This document shows positions 9,404 to 20,122 of a DNA stretch of 64,000 nt, one piece after another; position 1 is the stretch's first letter, and each line of letters opens with the position of its first letter. This DNA is from Candidatus Yanofskybacteria bacterium CG10_big_fil_rev_8_21_14_0_10_36_16 (GTDB lineage Bacteria; Patescibacteriota; Minisyncoccia; 2-02-FULL-40-12; IGHO2-01-FULL-4-A): the NCBI GenBank assembly GCA_002794035.1, contig PCXQ01000004.1, forward strand, positions 187,064-251,063, read 5' to 3'. The translations under genes were made by a program, and so were the position numbers. The notes below the pieces were generated by a model. It was not told the origin of the DNA and did not search any database. It was given only the letters and a program-made list of their open reading frames with translations.

Positions 9404-10024
9404 TTAAACCATACCGGATTTTACTCGCATTAGCGACACAAACGCTGACCTTTCCTGTTCGTTAAGCTTTGCAGTAATATATTTCATGGTTTCCTCAATA
9501 TTTGGGATCAGAACATGTTCCAAAGCATTAACTCTTCGGCGGGTTTTTTCTATTTCTTCTGCTAAAAGTTTTGCCGAGTGTTCGGTTTCAGCAAGTTCTA
9601 CCATATTTTTTAATGTTTTTGAAAATACTCTCAAAGCCCTGTCCATGCTAGAGCTGGTCGTAAATAAATCATAGGACAATATTTGTCCTTCTTCTTTATA
9701 TTCAAATTGGGGAACCTGAACACCCATAACATTTTTTGCCTCAGCTTTAAGACTTATTTTTTGACCCGGCGAATAAAAAGATTCTTTAATTACAGATCTT
9801 CTCATCTTGGCCGAGCTGAAAATAAACGAGAAAAACGCTAACCCTAAATCACTTTCAATCACCTCTCTCAAATCACGAGCTTTCTTAATTATGCTCATGA
9901 AGTGTTTCATCAAGCCATCGCGCTTCTCTTTAAGGAGCTTGTATCCCCTTCTGGCGGTTACCAACTTGGCCCTTAATTTTAAGAGCTCTTGGCGAGTAGG
10001 ATTTACATTTAGCTTGTTGGCCAT
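9404..10024 (-). CDS. atpD: A/V-type ATPase subunit D
   Basis: MANKLNVNPTRQELLKLRAKLVTARRGYKLLKEKRDGLM is the canonical V/A-ATPase D N-terminus. Confidence 0.85.
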   Translation of the reverse strand: MANKLNVNPTRQELLKLRAKLVTARRGYKLLKEKRDGLMKHFMSIIKKARDLREVIESDLGLAFFSFIFSSAKMRRSVIKESFYSPGQKISLKAEAKNVMGVQVPQFEYKEEGQILSYDLFTTSSSMDRALRVFSKTLKNMVELAETEHSAKLLAEEIEKTRRRVNALEHVLIPNIEETMKYITAKLNEQERSAFVSLMRVKSGMV

Positions 10025-10040
10025 AATTTAAATTAGATAA

Positions 10041-11429
10041 TTAAATAATTTGTTTCATATACTTCTCAATATACTCTGGTTTCAACCTCTTAAGTTCTGA
10101 TTTGGGCAAGATAGATAAAAGCTTCCATCCTATGGTTAGTGTTTCTAAGATACTCCTGTCTTCATCAGCGCCTTGTCTTATAAATTGGTCTTCGAACGCT
10201 TCGGCAAATCTAGCGTATTTTTTATCTACATCAGATAAAGCTGCTTCTCCCAAAATTACAGCCAATTCCTTAGCTTCTTTTCCTGAGGCATAAGCAGCAA
10301 AAAGCTGGTTCAAAATACCCGAGTGGTCCTCTCTGGTTTTACCTTCTCCTATGCCTTTGTCCTTAAGTCTTGAAAGAGAAGGCAAAACATCAACAGGAGG
10401 ATAAATACCCTTTCTGTATAAATCACGGGACATCATTATCTGACCTTCCGTAATATACCCGGTCAAGTCAGGGATTGGATGGGTTTTGTCGTCTTCAGGC
10501 ATTGTTAAAACAGGGATTTGAGTAATAGAACCCGGTCTGCCCTTGATTCTTCCAGCTCTTTCATAAATAGTTGAAAGATCAGTATAAAGATAGCCGGGGT
10601 ATCCCCTTCTACCGGGTATTTCCTTTCTTGCTGCTGACACCTCTCTCAATGCCTCACAATAGTTTGTAAGATCAGTTAAAATAACTAAAACGTGCATACC
10701 TTTTTCATATGCGAGATATTCTGCAGCGGTAAGAGCTAAACGAGGTAAAGTTATTCTTTCAATTACGGGGTCATCAGCTAGGTTAACAAAAAGCGTTGAT
10801 CTTTCTATTGCTCCAGTCTGCCTAAATTGATTGATAAAATATTCGGACTCCTCAAATGTGATACCCATAGCTGCAAACACTACAGCAAAATCGCCCTCAC
10901 TCTTACCATCTACCCTTACTACCTTTGCCTGCCTAGCAATTTGAGCCACAACTTCAGAGTGCGGAAGTCCAGACCCAGAAAATATAGGTAATTTTTGCCC
11001 ACGAACCAGAGTATTCAAACCGTCTATTGTAGAGATACCAGTCTGAATAAAATCATTAGGGAAATCTCTTGAGTAAGGGTTCAAAGGAGAACCATTAATA
11101 TTAAGCTTCTTTGAAGCAATCGGCGCAGGCAATCCGTCTTTAGGACTACCAGCCCCATCAAACACCCTGCCCAACATATCATCTGATACTCCGAGCTCCA
11201 TTGGTTTGCCCGTAAACCTAACTTTTGCATTGTCTACAGCAAGCCCTCTTGATTCTTCAAATATCTGAACGACTGCTCTGTCTCCAGATACTTCAAGCAC
11301 GCGACCTCTTCTTTTAGAGCCATCAGTTAATTCAATTTCGGCCACCTCTTCATAGCCAACGCCCTCAACCCCCTCAACAACCATAAGAGGTCCTGCGATG
11401 TCACTTATTGTCTTGTAAAATTTTGTCAT
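10041..11429 (-). CDS. atpB: A/V-type ATPase subunit B (non-catalytic)
   Basis: Strong similarity pattern to V/A-ATPase B ([11 protein letters not shown]..., nucleotide-binding fold without a canonical P-loop). 462 aa. Confidence 0.9.
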   Translation of the reverse strand: MTKFYKTISDIAGPLMVVEGVEGVGYEEVAEIELTDGSKRRGRVLEVSGDRAVVQIFEESRGLAVDNAKVRFTGKPMELGVSDDMLGRVFDGAGSPKDGLPAPIASKKLNINGSPLNPYSRDFPNDFIQTGISTIDGLNTLVRGQKLPIFSGSGLPHSEVVAQIARQAKVVRVDGKSEGDFAVVFAAMGITFEESEYFINQFRQTGAIERSTLFVNLADDPVIERITLPRLALTAAEYLAYEKGMHVLVILTDLTNYCEALREVSAARKEIPGRRGYPGYLYTDLSTIYERAGRIKGRPGSITQIPVLTMPEDDKTHPIPDLTGYITEGQIMMSRDLYRKGIYPPVDVLPSLSRLKDKGIGEGKTREDHSGILNQLFAAYASGKEAKELAVILGEAALSDVDKKYARFAEAFEDQFIRQGADEDRSILETLTIGWKLLSILPKSELKRLKPEYIEKYMKQII

Positions 11430-11445
11430 ATTACTTTATATTAAA

Positions 11446-13188
11446 TTAATTTTTAAAATTAAAACCATTAGACATATTTTTAATAAGTTCTTCTAGCTCT
11501 CCGAGTTTTTCTTCCGGCACAAACTTAGCTCTAGCAATTTTTTCCTTTAGATCTGTTGGAATTTCTTTCAAATTAACCCCTTTATCAAGAGCTCCTTCGG
11601 ACAGTCTGTGCATAGTTATTATCGCCTTTAAAAGCAAGTACATTTTTCTAACTGAACTATAAGTATCAACATCATCAAAAGCGTTCTGCTGTAAAAAGTC
11701 CTCTCTTATTGATTTTGCAGTCTCAAGAGTTAACTGCTCTTTTTCCGACAATGCCTCAATACCTACCAAGCGAACAATTTCCTGAAGCTTAGACTCTTCT
11801 TGCAATATTTCCATTGCTTTAATTCTTACATCACGCCAATCATCACCGGCGTTTTGAACCATGAATTTTCCTATCTCATCTAAATATAAAGAGTAACTGT
11901 TTAGCCAGTTAATTGCCGGGAAGTGCCTGCGGTATGCAAGCTGTGCTTCTAATCCCCAAAAAACCTTAACGACTCGCAAGGTGTTTTGGGTTACCGGCTC
12001 AGACAAGTCGCCACCCGGAGGAGATACAGCACCAATAACTGTAAGAGAACCGGTTCTATCCTCAGTGCCTAGACACCTAACATAACCAGCTCTTTCATAA
12101 AAACTTGCTGTCCTTGAACCCAGATAAGCAGGATACCCTTCTTCACCAGGCATTTCTTCCAGCCTTCCTGACATTTCACGAAGTGCTTCAGCCCAGCGAG
12201 ATGTAGAATCAGCCATCAAAGCCACATTGTAACCCATGTCTCTAAAGTATTCAGCAATTGTAATACCTGTATAAACAGATGCTTCACGAGCAGCAACGGG
12301 CATGTTTGATGTGTTGGCTATCAAAATAGTTCGTTCCATCAATGGTCTTCCGGTTTTTGGATCCTTAAGTTCGGGAAATTCCAACAAAACATCTGTCATT
12401 TCATTCCCTCTTTCACCACATCCTATAAAAACAATAATGTCGGCATCTGACCACTTGGCCAGCTGGTGTTGAACAACAGTTTTACCGGAACCAAACGGAC
12501 CGGGCACACAAGCTGTGCCTCCTTTTGCCACAGGGAAAAATGCATCTATAACCCTTTGGCCTGAGATTAACGGCTCAACCGAAACCAGCTTTTCTTTAAC
12601 AGGTCTTGGCTCTCTAATTGGCCAAACCTGCATCATTGAAATCTCCTTACCGCCTACAACCGCTATGGGTTCGGTTACTGTAAAACTGCCCGATTCAATT
12701 TTTTCTACTTTTCCAAAAATACCGGGAGGAATCATTATCTGGTGCTTAAACAAATCAGTCTCCTGAACTTCACCAAGAGGATCTCCGGGTGAAACAATAT
12801 CTCCGGATGAAACAACAGATTTAAACTGCCACTTCTTTCCGCGATCAAGTGCGGGAACCTCTACTCCTCTTTCAATAAATGGAGAGTTGCTTGATTCAGC
12901 AATTCCCGGAAGCGGACGCTGAACACCATCATATATGCTTCCCAAAAGACCGGGACCCAACTCCACCGAAAGAGGCATGCCGGTTGTGCTAACCGGATCA
13001 CCAGGCATCAAACCTGCAGTATCCTCATAAACCTGAATTGATGCCACATCGCCATGAAGTTCAATTATTTCACCAACTAATCTTTTATCGGATACCTTAA
13101 CAACATCATAAAGCTTAGCATTTTCCATGCCTGAAGCCTCTACAAGCGGACCTGAAACTTTTTTGATTGTACCTGTTTTTGTATTCAT
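11446..13188 (-). CDS. atpA: A/V-type ATPase catalytic subunit A
   Basis: Walker [10 protein letters not shown]. 580 aa with the non-homologous insert typical of A-subunits. Confidence 0.9.
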   Translation of the reverse strand: MNTKTGTIKKVSGPLVEASGMENAKLYDVVKVSDKRLVGEIIELHGDVASIQVYEDTAGLMPGDPVSTTGMPLSVELGPGLLGSIYDGVQRPLPGIAESSNSPFIERGVEVPALDRGKKWQFKSVVSSGDIVSPGDPLGEVQETDLFKHQIMIPPGIFGKVEKIESGSFTVTEPIAVVGGKEISMMQVWPIREPRPVKEKLVSVEPLISGQRVIDAFFPVAKGGTACVPGPFGSGKTVVQHQLAKWSDADIIVFIGCGERGNEMTDVLLEFPELKDPKTGRPLMERTILIANTSNMPVAAREASVYTGITIAEYFRDMGYNVALMADSTSRWAEALREMSGRLEEMPGEEGYPAYLGSRTASFYERAGYVRCLGTEDRTGSLTVIGAVSPPGGDLSEPVTQNTLRVVKVFWGLEAQLAYRRHFPAINWLNSYSLYLDEIGKFMVQNAGDDWRDVRIKAMEILQEESKLQEIVRLVGIEALSEKEQLTLETAKSIREDFLQQNAFDDVDTYSSVRKMYLLLKAIITMHRLSEGALDKGVNLKEIPTDLKEKIARAKFVPEEKLGELEELIKNMSNGFNFKN

Positions 13189-13216
13189 ATTAATTATTTT
13201 AATTATTAATTAATTA

Positions 13217-13537
13217 TTAATTTGATAAAATGTCCGACCCTACTGCTTTTTCTACTATCTTTTTTATATTTGCCAAACCGGCACCTGTTGAACCCTTGTG
13301 GGATGGAACAGCAATCAATGCCGGCAAGGCTCTTTTTGATAGCTCGCTAACAGCGCCTGATAGTTTGACATACCAGTCCTCGGTAATAAATATCACTCCG
13401 TAATTTCCACTATCGCAAAGCTTAATAAGTTCTTCCAGTGTTTTTTCAATAGTTTCCGCAGGGACGACATCTAAACCTAGGGCTTTAAACCCTATTACTG
13501 CTTCACCTGATCCAATTATTGCTATTTTATAATCCAT
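13217..13537 (-). CDS. atpF: A/V-type ATPase subunit F
   Basis: MDYKIAIIGSGEAVIGFKALGLDVVP is typical of subunit F. 106 aa. Confidence 0.8.
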   Translation of the reverse strand: MDYKIAIIGSGEAVIGFKALGLDVVPAETIEKTLEELIKLCDSGNYGVIFITEDWYVKLSGAVSELSKRALPALIAVPSHKGSTGAGLANIKKIVEKAVGSDILSN

Positions 13538-13549
13538 GGTAATGTTAGG

Positions 13550-14542
13550 TTATATAGCCCTTAGTGTTCTCTTTATCTCGCCTGAATCAATTTCATTCAT
13601 TTTGCCTGCCATTATCAAACGAATATTGATAACAGCAGAATGTTTCCTCTGGAAATATGAATAAACTTGTTCCGGTCCATAACTTAAATATCGCGCTTGA
13701 TTAATATATGAAATAAAATAATTATCTAAATCACGTTCAAACTCAAATAAATTTTTGTTTTCTAAATACTCGCGCAACGATTCTTTAACTTCATTGCTCT
13801 CATAACTTGCCAAAAAATTTGTGACACCGTCTTCCCCGCTCTCATAGGCAGTCATCAACTCACCAACGCTCCAAAAAGAATTATCACTCAACATTTTTTT
13901 AAATTCATTAGCCGGCAATTCAAATCTAAGAGCTCTCATAAAAGCAATCACTGTCGCATTACTTATTTTAATTTGAATAGATCTTTTAATAAATTCATTG
14001 CCCAAATTGTCGGCAATTTCATATTGCATTTGATACATGGCTTTAGTAACAGCAACATCTACTATCCAGGGCGCGCCAGAATTTGCTTCAACTTCTTTTT
14101 CTACAGCCACAATCAAATCTTTAAATTTTTCATCAAGGAACATAGACTTCCTTTCATTCATATAAGACTTAATGTCTTCCGGCGGGTAAACAGTCTCTCC
14201 TTCAAAACTTTCAACCTCTTTTACGCCTAAATATTTTTCTTTAAGCAAAAGACGCAAATTCAGAAAATCCCTCTCAATAAACAACAACCGAAAAAGGTCA
14301 TAATCTGGAATATCGCGTTTTAAAAATTCATAAAGCTCTGTAAAATCTTTCCTCATAGCATCTCTGTATTGTGCTGGCTCAAGATCTAATAAATTATCCG
14401 CGTAATCTGTATCATTTAAAACTCTGTAAGCATCATCAAAAGAAGGAGCATCAACCATGCGTTCTATATCTGTGTGATCGAGCATCTTTGACTCACGAGA
14501 CCAGACAAGAGAGCTAATTGTAATATATTTATCAGAATTCAA
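13550..14542 (-). CDS. atpC: A/V-type ATPase subunit C (eukaryotic d-like)
   Basis: ~330-aa helical protein in the operon position of subunit C. Confidence 0.7.
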   Translation of the reverse strand: MNSDKYITISSLVWSRESKMLDHTDIERMVDAPSFDDAYRVLNDTDYADNLLDLEPAQYRDAMRKDFTELYEFLKRDIPDYDLFRLLFIERDFLNLRLLLKEKYLGVKEVESFEGETVYPPEDIKSYMNERKSMFLDEKFKDLIVAVEKEVEANSGAPWIVDVAVTKAMYQMQYEIADNLGNEFIKRSIQIKISNATVIAFMRALRFELPANEFKKMLSDNSFWSVGELMTAYESGEDGVTNFLASYESNEVKESLREYLENKNLFEFERDLDNYFISYINQARYLSYGPEQVYSYFQRKHSAVINIRLIMAGKMNEIDSGEIKRTLRAI

Positions 14543-14563
14543 TTTATTGTTTATGAATTGTTA

Positions 14564-15133
14564 TTAATTATTTTTAAAAATATTTTCTGCTATTTCTTCT
14601 TTCATTTTTTCGCTAGCGCTTACTACCAATGCCTTATATGTCATATCAACCTCAATCCTATCCGTCCTGTAAACAAACCCGCCTGAAACACCCAAGATTT
14701 CATTGGAAATTTTGTCGTTTCGACCGCTCTTGCCAAGGGCTTTCTCGAGTATATTCTTGTTGTTGCCTGCACCAAACAATATACCTTCCGTTTTGGGCAG
14801 TTTCTTTAATGCTTCAGCCAAAAGCCCAACCTGTTTTTCTTCACTCATTTCTGACAAAAGATTCTCTGCTTTGTTAAAGACATCATTTAAGACTTTAACT
14901 TTTTTATCAAGAATCTTTGCAGAACCTTTTAGCTTAAAATTAAATAAAGCACTTTGTGTTTTACTTATAAGTTCCCTTCGTTTCTTTTCCAAAAGTTCTT
15001 TTCTGCGATTGCCTGTTTTGATATCCCACTCCGAAACTAGCGCTTCATATTTTTTAGCGTACTCTCCTTTTATTTCATCCGCCTTTGCCTCGGCGTCAGA
15101 TTTAATAGATTTTAATATATCAGATAAAGCCAA
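14564..15133 (-). CDS. atpE: A/V-type ATPase subunit E (peripheral stalk)
   Basis: 189-aa charged coiled-coil N-terminus (MALSDILKSIKSDAEAKADEIK...) plus globular C-terminus. Operon position fits. Confidence 0.75.
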   Translation of the reverse strand: MALSDILKSIKSDAEAKADEIKGEYAKKYEALVSEWDIKTGNRRKELLEKKRRELISKTQSALFNFKLKGSAKILDKKVKVLNDVFNKAENLLSEMSEEKQVGLLAEALKKLPKTEGILFGAGNNKNILEKALGKSGRNDKISNEILGVSGGFVYRTDRIEVDMTYKALVVSASEKMKEEIAENIFKNN

Positions 15134-15226
15134 GTTTTAATTAAACATTTAACCATTTCGACATTTAAGCAAGCTGAATTTATGCCAATTGTTTTTATGT
15201 TTAGATGTTTAGATATTTATGTAATA

Positions 15227-15700
15227 CTAAACTGTTATACCAAATATCAAAAGAATGCTGATAAGCAACCCTAACACAGCGTATGTCTCTACCATAGCAG
15301 AAAGAATAATTGCCTTACCCATGGCCTTTGGCTGTGTTGCCACTATTTTCATGCCTGAAGCAGATACCTTTCCTTGGTACCAACCTGAAGAAAAACCAGC
15401 GATAGCAATGGGCAAAGATGCGAAAAGCAAGCTCAAGCCATTACTCATTGTCAGTGCGACAATCTCTCCTCCAAACAGCCCGATTTTCTGTAATATTAAA
15501 AATGCTACCAAAAAACCGTAAATACCCTGTGTGGCTGGAAGGGCCTCAAGGACCAAAACCTTCCCGAACTTATCGGGGTCTTCTGATATAACGCCAGCGC
15601 CGGCCTGACCAGCAGCACTAACGCCGAGAACCGAACCAGCACCAGCAAAACCAACTGCCAATCCTGCTCCCAAAATAGCCAATGAAATTCCTAATTCCAT
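15227..15700 (-). CDS. atpK: A/V-type ATPase proteolipid subunit K (c-ring)
   Basis: 157-aa double-hairpin proteolipid with Gly/Ala-rich TM helices (GAGLAVGFAGAGSVLGVSAAGQAG). Confidence 0.85.
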   Translation of the reverse strand: MELGISLAILGAGLAVGFAGAGSVLGVSAAGQAGAGVISEDPDKFGKVLVLEALPATQGIYGFLVAFLILQKIGLFGGEIVALTMSNGLSLLFASLPIAIAGFSSGWYQGKVSASGMKIVATQPKAMGKAIILSAMVETYAVLGLLISILLIFGITV

Positions 15701-15807
15701 AATTAATTAAACTTACAATATACAACCTACAAATCACAAAGAGTCTTGAAATTTGTGAGTTGAAATTTGTGAGTTATTTTTGTTAAATTTTATTTTTAAA
15801 AACTAAA

Positions 15808-17760
15808 TTATTTTTCGTTAAATTGTATATATTTGCTTTCCATCTTCATGGGCTGAAATGCCCTTCCTCCACCTTCCATAAATTTTGGGAAAAACTCTAT
15901 ATACTGTAAACGTCCTGAATGAATAAATGCGCCCAAAGCGTTAATGCCGATATTAAACACATGCCCACCAATCAAAACCAAAAGACCGGCCAGCCAGCCA
16001 ACAAAAGGCATCTCCATCGCAAGCCCAGCAACAATATTTACTACCATACCGATAATGCTCGTGGTTAATCCTAGTGCGAGCAAACGTGAATAAGACAAAA
16101 CATCTGAAAAATATCCGACAACATCATAAAGCCCTAAAACTCCAATTGGCAATCCCAGCAATTTGTTTTTCTCGGCCATCCATTTTGATACCACAATTCC
16201 AACAGCTATCAAAAGTGTCAGATACTTAAATGGCACAGCAAGAGCTACTGGCAAAAGCCCTCCTGAAGAGGCGGCAAAAACCAAAAGTGAAATAAGCCCA
16301 ATCAGCCACAAACCGCTTCCCAACAAAGCACTCTTAATCTTTCCTTTTTTTATCTGCCACCATGTATTAATACCGAGGCCGAACAATACCTGAATTATTC
16401 CTAAAACCAAAGAAAGATAAAGTATGGCAATCGGATTTTCAAGAGGATTTAATATTTGCATTGATTCAAGTGGACCTCTGAGGAACCCTGGCATCTTCGA
16501 AAGTTCAACACCGAACCATCCGCCAAATACAGCGCCCAAAACAACCGATGCAATACCTCCCCAAAACACCACTCCGAATAATCCTCTGTCTTCTTTTGGA
16601 ATTTTAAATATTTTTACCGCAAGATATGAGATTAAAGCCAAAACAATACCATACCCAGCATCAGTAATAGCTAAACCAAAAAACAAAGTGAAAAATGGAG
16701 CCAAGAAGGGTGTTGGGTCTGGCTCTGAAGGCTGAGGCATGCCATACAAACTAGTAACAGACTCGAAAGGCTTACTCCAAGTATTTTTAAACTTAACAGG
16801 AGGAACCTCTTCATCATTGGCCCCTATCTCTTCTATGTGATACAGCGTTGTAATTTGAGCCAAAGACACATTGAGCTCATCAATATTTTCCTTATCTATC
16901 CAACCATAAATTGTGAAAGTAGAATTTGTTTTACCTTCTTTCTGCTCGTTTTCAGCTCTCATCTTTTGCCAACTCAAAAAATCATGAACAATTTTAAGTT
17001 CTCTTTCGTGTCTAGAAAGCTTGCCCGCTTCTTTTTTCAAATCATTAAGCTCTGTTGAAGATTCTTTGATTTTATTATTTAAATTTTCAACATATTCAGA
17101 AACACCCATATCAAGCTTGGGTAACTCCATCTCCCTTACCTGCATTGTCTCAAATAAAGCCTTTAACTTATCTTCATCTTCTTCCTTGTGAATTACATAA
17201 CTGTATAATTCTTGGTTTTCGATATTAGTTTTTTCAAAGGCAGAAAAAGGTAAATCTCTTGAAATATTGTCCGAAAATTCATCAACGCTTTTTTCAGACA
17301 ATAAAATAAAAGATATCTTATATCCAGCAGGCAACTCTTTGCCCGGTATTATATTAAGACTGTGCCATGGCCTTAATATATTGATTTCTGAATTGTTTTT
17401 GTCTATTAAATTAACTCTCTTGTTGATTTGTTCCTCTAAATCCTTTGATTCCTTCACAACCGTCTGATAATCAAAACTTTCTGCTGTTTTAATGGCATCC
17501 TTACGGCTAATAAAAATTCCACTTTCGAGGAATTTTTTAATACCTTTCTGGGGTGGTTTATAAAGCGCAATGAAATCTAGAGCAAATCTTAACTCAGCAA
17601 TGTTGTAATCTAAACCAGAAACAATATGGCTTCGGATTTCCTCTCCCCCATCTTTCTCACTCTCTATCTGAACAACCTCAAGTTCCTGAATTTTTTTCAG
17701 TATTTCATCGTGTTCCTTTTCAAGGGCGGTAATTTTTATTTTTACAATATCAGCAAGCAC
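15808..17760 (-). CDS. atpI: A/V-type ATPase subunit I (a-subunit, stator/proton channel)
   Basis: 650 aa. N-terminal coiled-coil cytoplasmic half and C-terminal multi-TM half with a conserved Arg-containing helix (YSRLLALGLTT). Confidence 0.85.
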   Translation of the reverse strand: MLADIVKIKITALEKEHDEILKKIQELEVVQIESEKDGGEEIRSHIVSGLDYNIAELRFALDFIALYKPPQKGIKKFLESGIFISRKDAIKTAESFDYQTVVKESKDLEEQINKRVNLIDKNNSEINILRPWHSLNIIPGKELPAGYKISFILLSEKSVDEFSDNISRDLPFSAFEKTNIENQELYSYVIHKEEDEDKLKALFETMQVREMELPKLDMGVSEYVENLNNKIKESSTELNDLKKEAGKLSRHERELKIVHDFLSWQKMRAENEQKEGKTNSTFTIYGWIDKENIDELNVSLAQITTLYHIEEIGANDEEVPPVKFKNTWSKPFESVTSLYGMPQPSEPDPTPFLAPFFTLFFGLAITDAGYGIVLALISYLAVKIFKIPKEDRGLFGVVFWGGIASVVLGAVFGGWFGVELSKMPGFLRGPLESMQILNPLENPIAILYLSLVLGIIQVLFGLGINTWWQIKKGKIKSALLGSGLWLIGLISLLVFAASSGGLLPVALAVPFKYLTLLIAVGIVVSKWMAEKNKLLGLPIGVLGLYDVVGYFSDVLSYSRLLALGLTTSIIGMVVNIVAGLAMEMPFVGWLAGLLVLIGGHVFNIGINALGAFIHSGRLQYIEFFPKFMEGGGRAFQPMKMESKYIQFNEK

Positions 17761-17843
17761 AGAACAAATTTTTAATTTCTAATTTATAATTTTTAAAAAA
17801 ATAATCTACAATATTTAAAAATTGAAAATTTAAAATTATAAAA

Positions 17844-18188
17844 TTAAAAGTCTTTAAGTTCGGTAATTTTTTTAACAACAAAATTGGCCATTTTATTAAT
17901 TCTGTCGTCTCCTATTTTATCCAGCTCTTCCAGCTTTGATTTTGTTTCACTTTCTTGATTTTCCTCCGCTTTCTTTATGTGTGCACTTGCCTTATCTTCC
18001 ATTTCTTTAATCTCGTTTTTTATTGATTCGACAGCGTTTTCATATCTGGCCTGACCTTCTTTTATTGCTTTTTCAAGTCTTCCTTCTTCGTTTTCCTGGG
18101 TTTCTTTAATTAAAAGTTCTGCTTCTTTTTCAGCTTCAATTATTTCTTCTGCTGGGTTATTTTTGTTTTTAGTCATGTTTTTTATCAA
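17844..18188 (-). CDS. atpH: A/V-type ATPase subunit H/G-like (peripheral stalk, charged coiled-coil)
   Basis: 114-aa E/K-rich coiled-coil protein at the 5' end of the ATPase operon. Confidence 0.5.
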   Translation of the reverse strand: MIKNMTKNKNNPAEEIIEAEKEAELLIKETQENEEGRLEKAIKEGQARYENAVESIKNEIKEMEDKASAHIKKAEENQESETKSKLEELDKIGDDRINKMANFVVKKITELKDF

Positions 18189-18893
18189 TACCCAAGATTA
18201 AAAAAATAAATTTGGGTATAAAATTACGATCAACATTTATAAGCTCAAAATCATATTATAATACACAAATAAACTAGGCGTGTCAAACATAATTATTGGA
18301 TAACCCCGTCCTTAATTTTGCAAAAAACAAGACAAAGACAACACACTCCCTCGCCAAAACTCGGTCGGGACTATTCGCCCACTGCGTCGCAATTGTTGTT
18401 TAAAATCAAAATATAAATTTATATCAAATAACTATTTTTAAAGGCAAAATTAAGGAGGGGTTGTTATTTAAATCAAATACTCAGCTCGTTCCACTCGATT
18501 GTGCTTTGGTAAAATAACAAAAAGAACGAAGCAAACTTCGTTCTGTATAACAAAAAAAAACTATTTCCGGAATCTTTCAATAAATAATATCTTTAAAATC
18601 CCGAGTGGTACAGAAGTCTTTTCATTTTTTACCGAGATAATCAAAGCCTTGGCATCTTTAGGCCTGAGTTGTAATAGTTGTAATAATAGAAACGGTTTTT
18701 TCATAATTCCTTTCATCCTTCACTCCCAATAAAAAACAAAAGCGCAACTTAATGTCCTTAATTTACTTATATATTAATACTAACAAACCACTGGGTCAAC
18801 AAAATATCCTTAACTTTCTTCATGAATTGTTTATTTTATACCTTTAAAATAGTAAAATAACAGTATAAGTAATTAACAAAGTACGTGCCGTAA

Positions 18894-20003
18894 ATGTACG
18901 ACAACTGCTTTAAAAAAATGAATAAATTTTATAAGTACTTCGCTTTTACCTCTCTCCTCTTTTTGGTGCCCTTTGTGGTATTTGGCGCAGAGTTTGTGTT
19001 TGGTAAAAGCACAGGAGTATCAAAAGGCGTTGTGGTTGACAATGACCTTTACTCAGCTGGCAGCACTATGGTTATCTCTGGAGACGTTTTAGGAGATGCC
19101 TATATCGCCGGAGGAAATATAATAGTAGACGGCTTTATATCAGAAGATCTTGTAGGAGTCGGAGGTAATGTAACGATAACCGGGAACATAGGAGACGACA
19201 TAAGAATGGCCGCCGGAACATTGATTGTCCGCGGTAGTGTAGGTGGAGATATGATAGCCGGAGCCGGAAATATTGATGTTGAGACATCTGTTGAAGGTGA
19301 CATTAGAATAGCAGCGGGAGAAGTTTATCTAAACGGACCCGTAACTGGCAGAGCAAGAATAGATGCCGACAAAGTTACCATAGGTAGAAATGCAGTAATA
19401 ACAGGTGAGGTCGTATATCACGCTTCACAAGAAGCAATTGTAGAAAATGGCGCTGATATTTCAGGTACGCTAACTTATGAACCAATAGGGATCAAAGATA
19501 GCCGAGATAAACTAAACGAAAAAGCTAGGGCGTTTTTCGCATTCTTCACTATAACCAAATTCTTAATGATTTTAGCCGGAGCATTGATTTTAGGATTAAT
19601 GTTTAAGAAATACATGGTTGAACTAGTAGAAAGAGTTTATGACAAAACACTTGTTGAGATCGGAAGAGGTTTTGCCTTCATGATTCTTGCACCAGTTATT
19701 TCCATTATACTTCTTGTTACTGTTATAGGTGCGCCAATTGGATTTCTAGGACTTATAGGAATTTTGGGACTAATGATATTTACCTGCCTCATGGCTCCTG
19801 TAGTTCTGGGCAGTATTCTTTACAAGTGGTTATCCAAAGGCAAGGTAAAGGTTGATTGGAAAACAATATTGCTGGGAGTTACTGTGTTCTCCCTACTCTC
19901 CTTTATCCCTATTATAGGATGGATTATCCAATTAATAGTAGCCATCGCCACAACAGGCGCTATTGTCTACACCAAGTGGCAATTAGTAAAAAACTGGAGA
20001 TAA
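18894..20003 (+). CDS. Secreted beta-helix repeat (bactofilin/DUF4097-like) protein with C-terminal membrane anchor helices
   Basis: Signal peptide. Repeated GxIxGDxxxAGGNIxVxG units (GDVLGDAYIAGGNIIVDG, GGNVTITGNIGDDIRMAAG...). 3-4 C-terminal TM segments. Confidence 0.45.
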   Translation: MYDNCFKKMNKFYKYFAFTSLLFLVPFVVFGAEFVFGKSTGVSKGVVVDNDLYSAGSTMVISGDVLGDAYIAGGNIIVDGFISEDLVGVGGNVTITGNIGDDIRMAAGTLIVRGSVGGDMIAGAGNIDVETSVEGDIRIAAGEVYLNGPVTGRARIDADKVTIGRNAVITGEVVYHASQEAIVENGADISGTLTYEPIGIKDSRDKLNEKARAFFAFFTITKFLMILAGALILGLMFKKYMVELVERVYDKTLVEIGRGFAFMILAPVISIILLVTVIGAPIGFLGLIGILGLMIFTCLMAPVVLGSILYKWLSKGKVKVDWKTILLGVTVFSLLSFIPIIGWIIQLIVAIATTGAIVYTKWQLVKNWR

Positions 20004-20025
20004 AAACAAAACCAACCGAGCAAAA

Positions 20026-20050
20026 AAAACCCCGCTATAGCGGGGTTTTT
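20026..20050. terminator. Bidirectional intrinsic terminator (AAAACCCCGC-TATA-GCGGGGTTTTT)
   Basis: Perfect hairpin with flanking A/T runs between convergent genes. Confidence 0.75.
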
Positions 20051-20122
20051 AAGATACAAAACAGCCTCAAAGACATTTTCTCTTACAGGCATCCTTTATA
20101 TTAGAATGACTGTTGAGTTGAT

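Noticed and set aside
16163-17467. Plus-strand ORFs inside atpI (16163..16393, 16424..16735, 16837..17058, 17267..17467)
   Set aside because: Antisense to the well-supported 650-aa atpI gene.
18499-18732. 77-aa ORF 18499..18732 (+)
   Set aside because: It overlaps a terminator-like hairpin and A-runs, is Asn/Lys/Phe-rich, and has no RBS. Likely non-coding.
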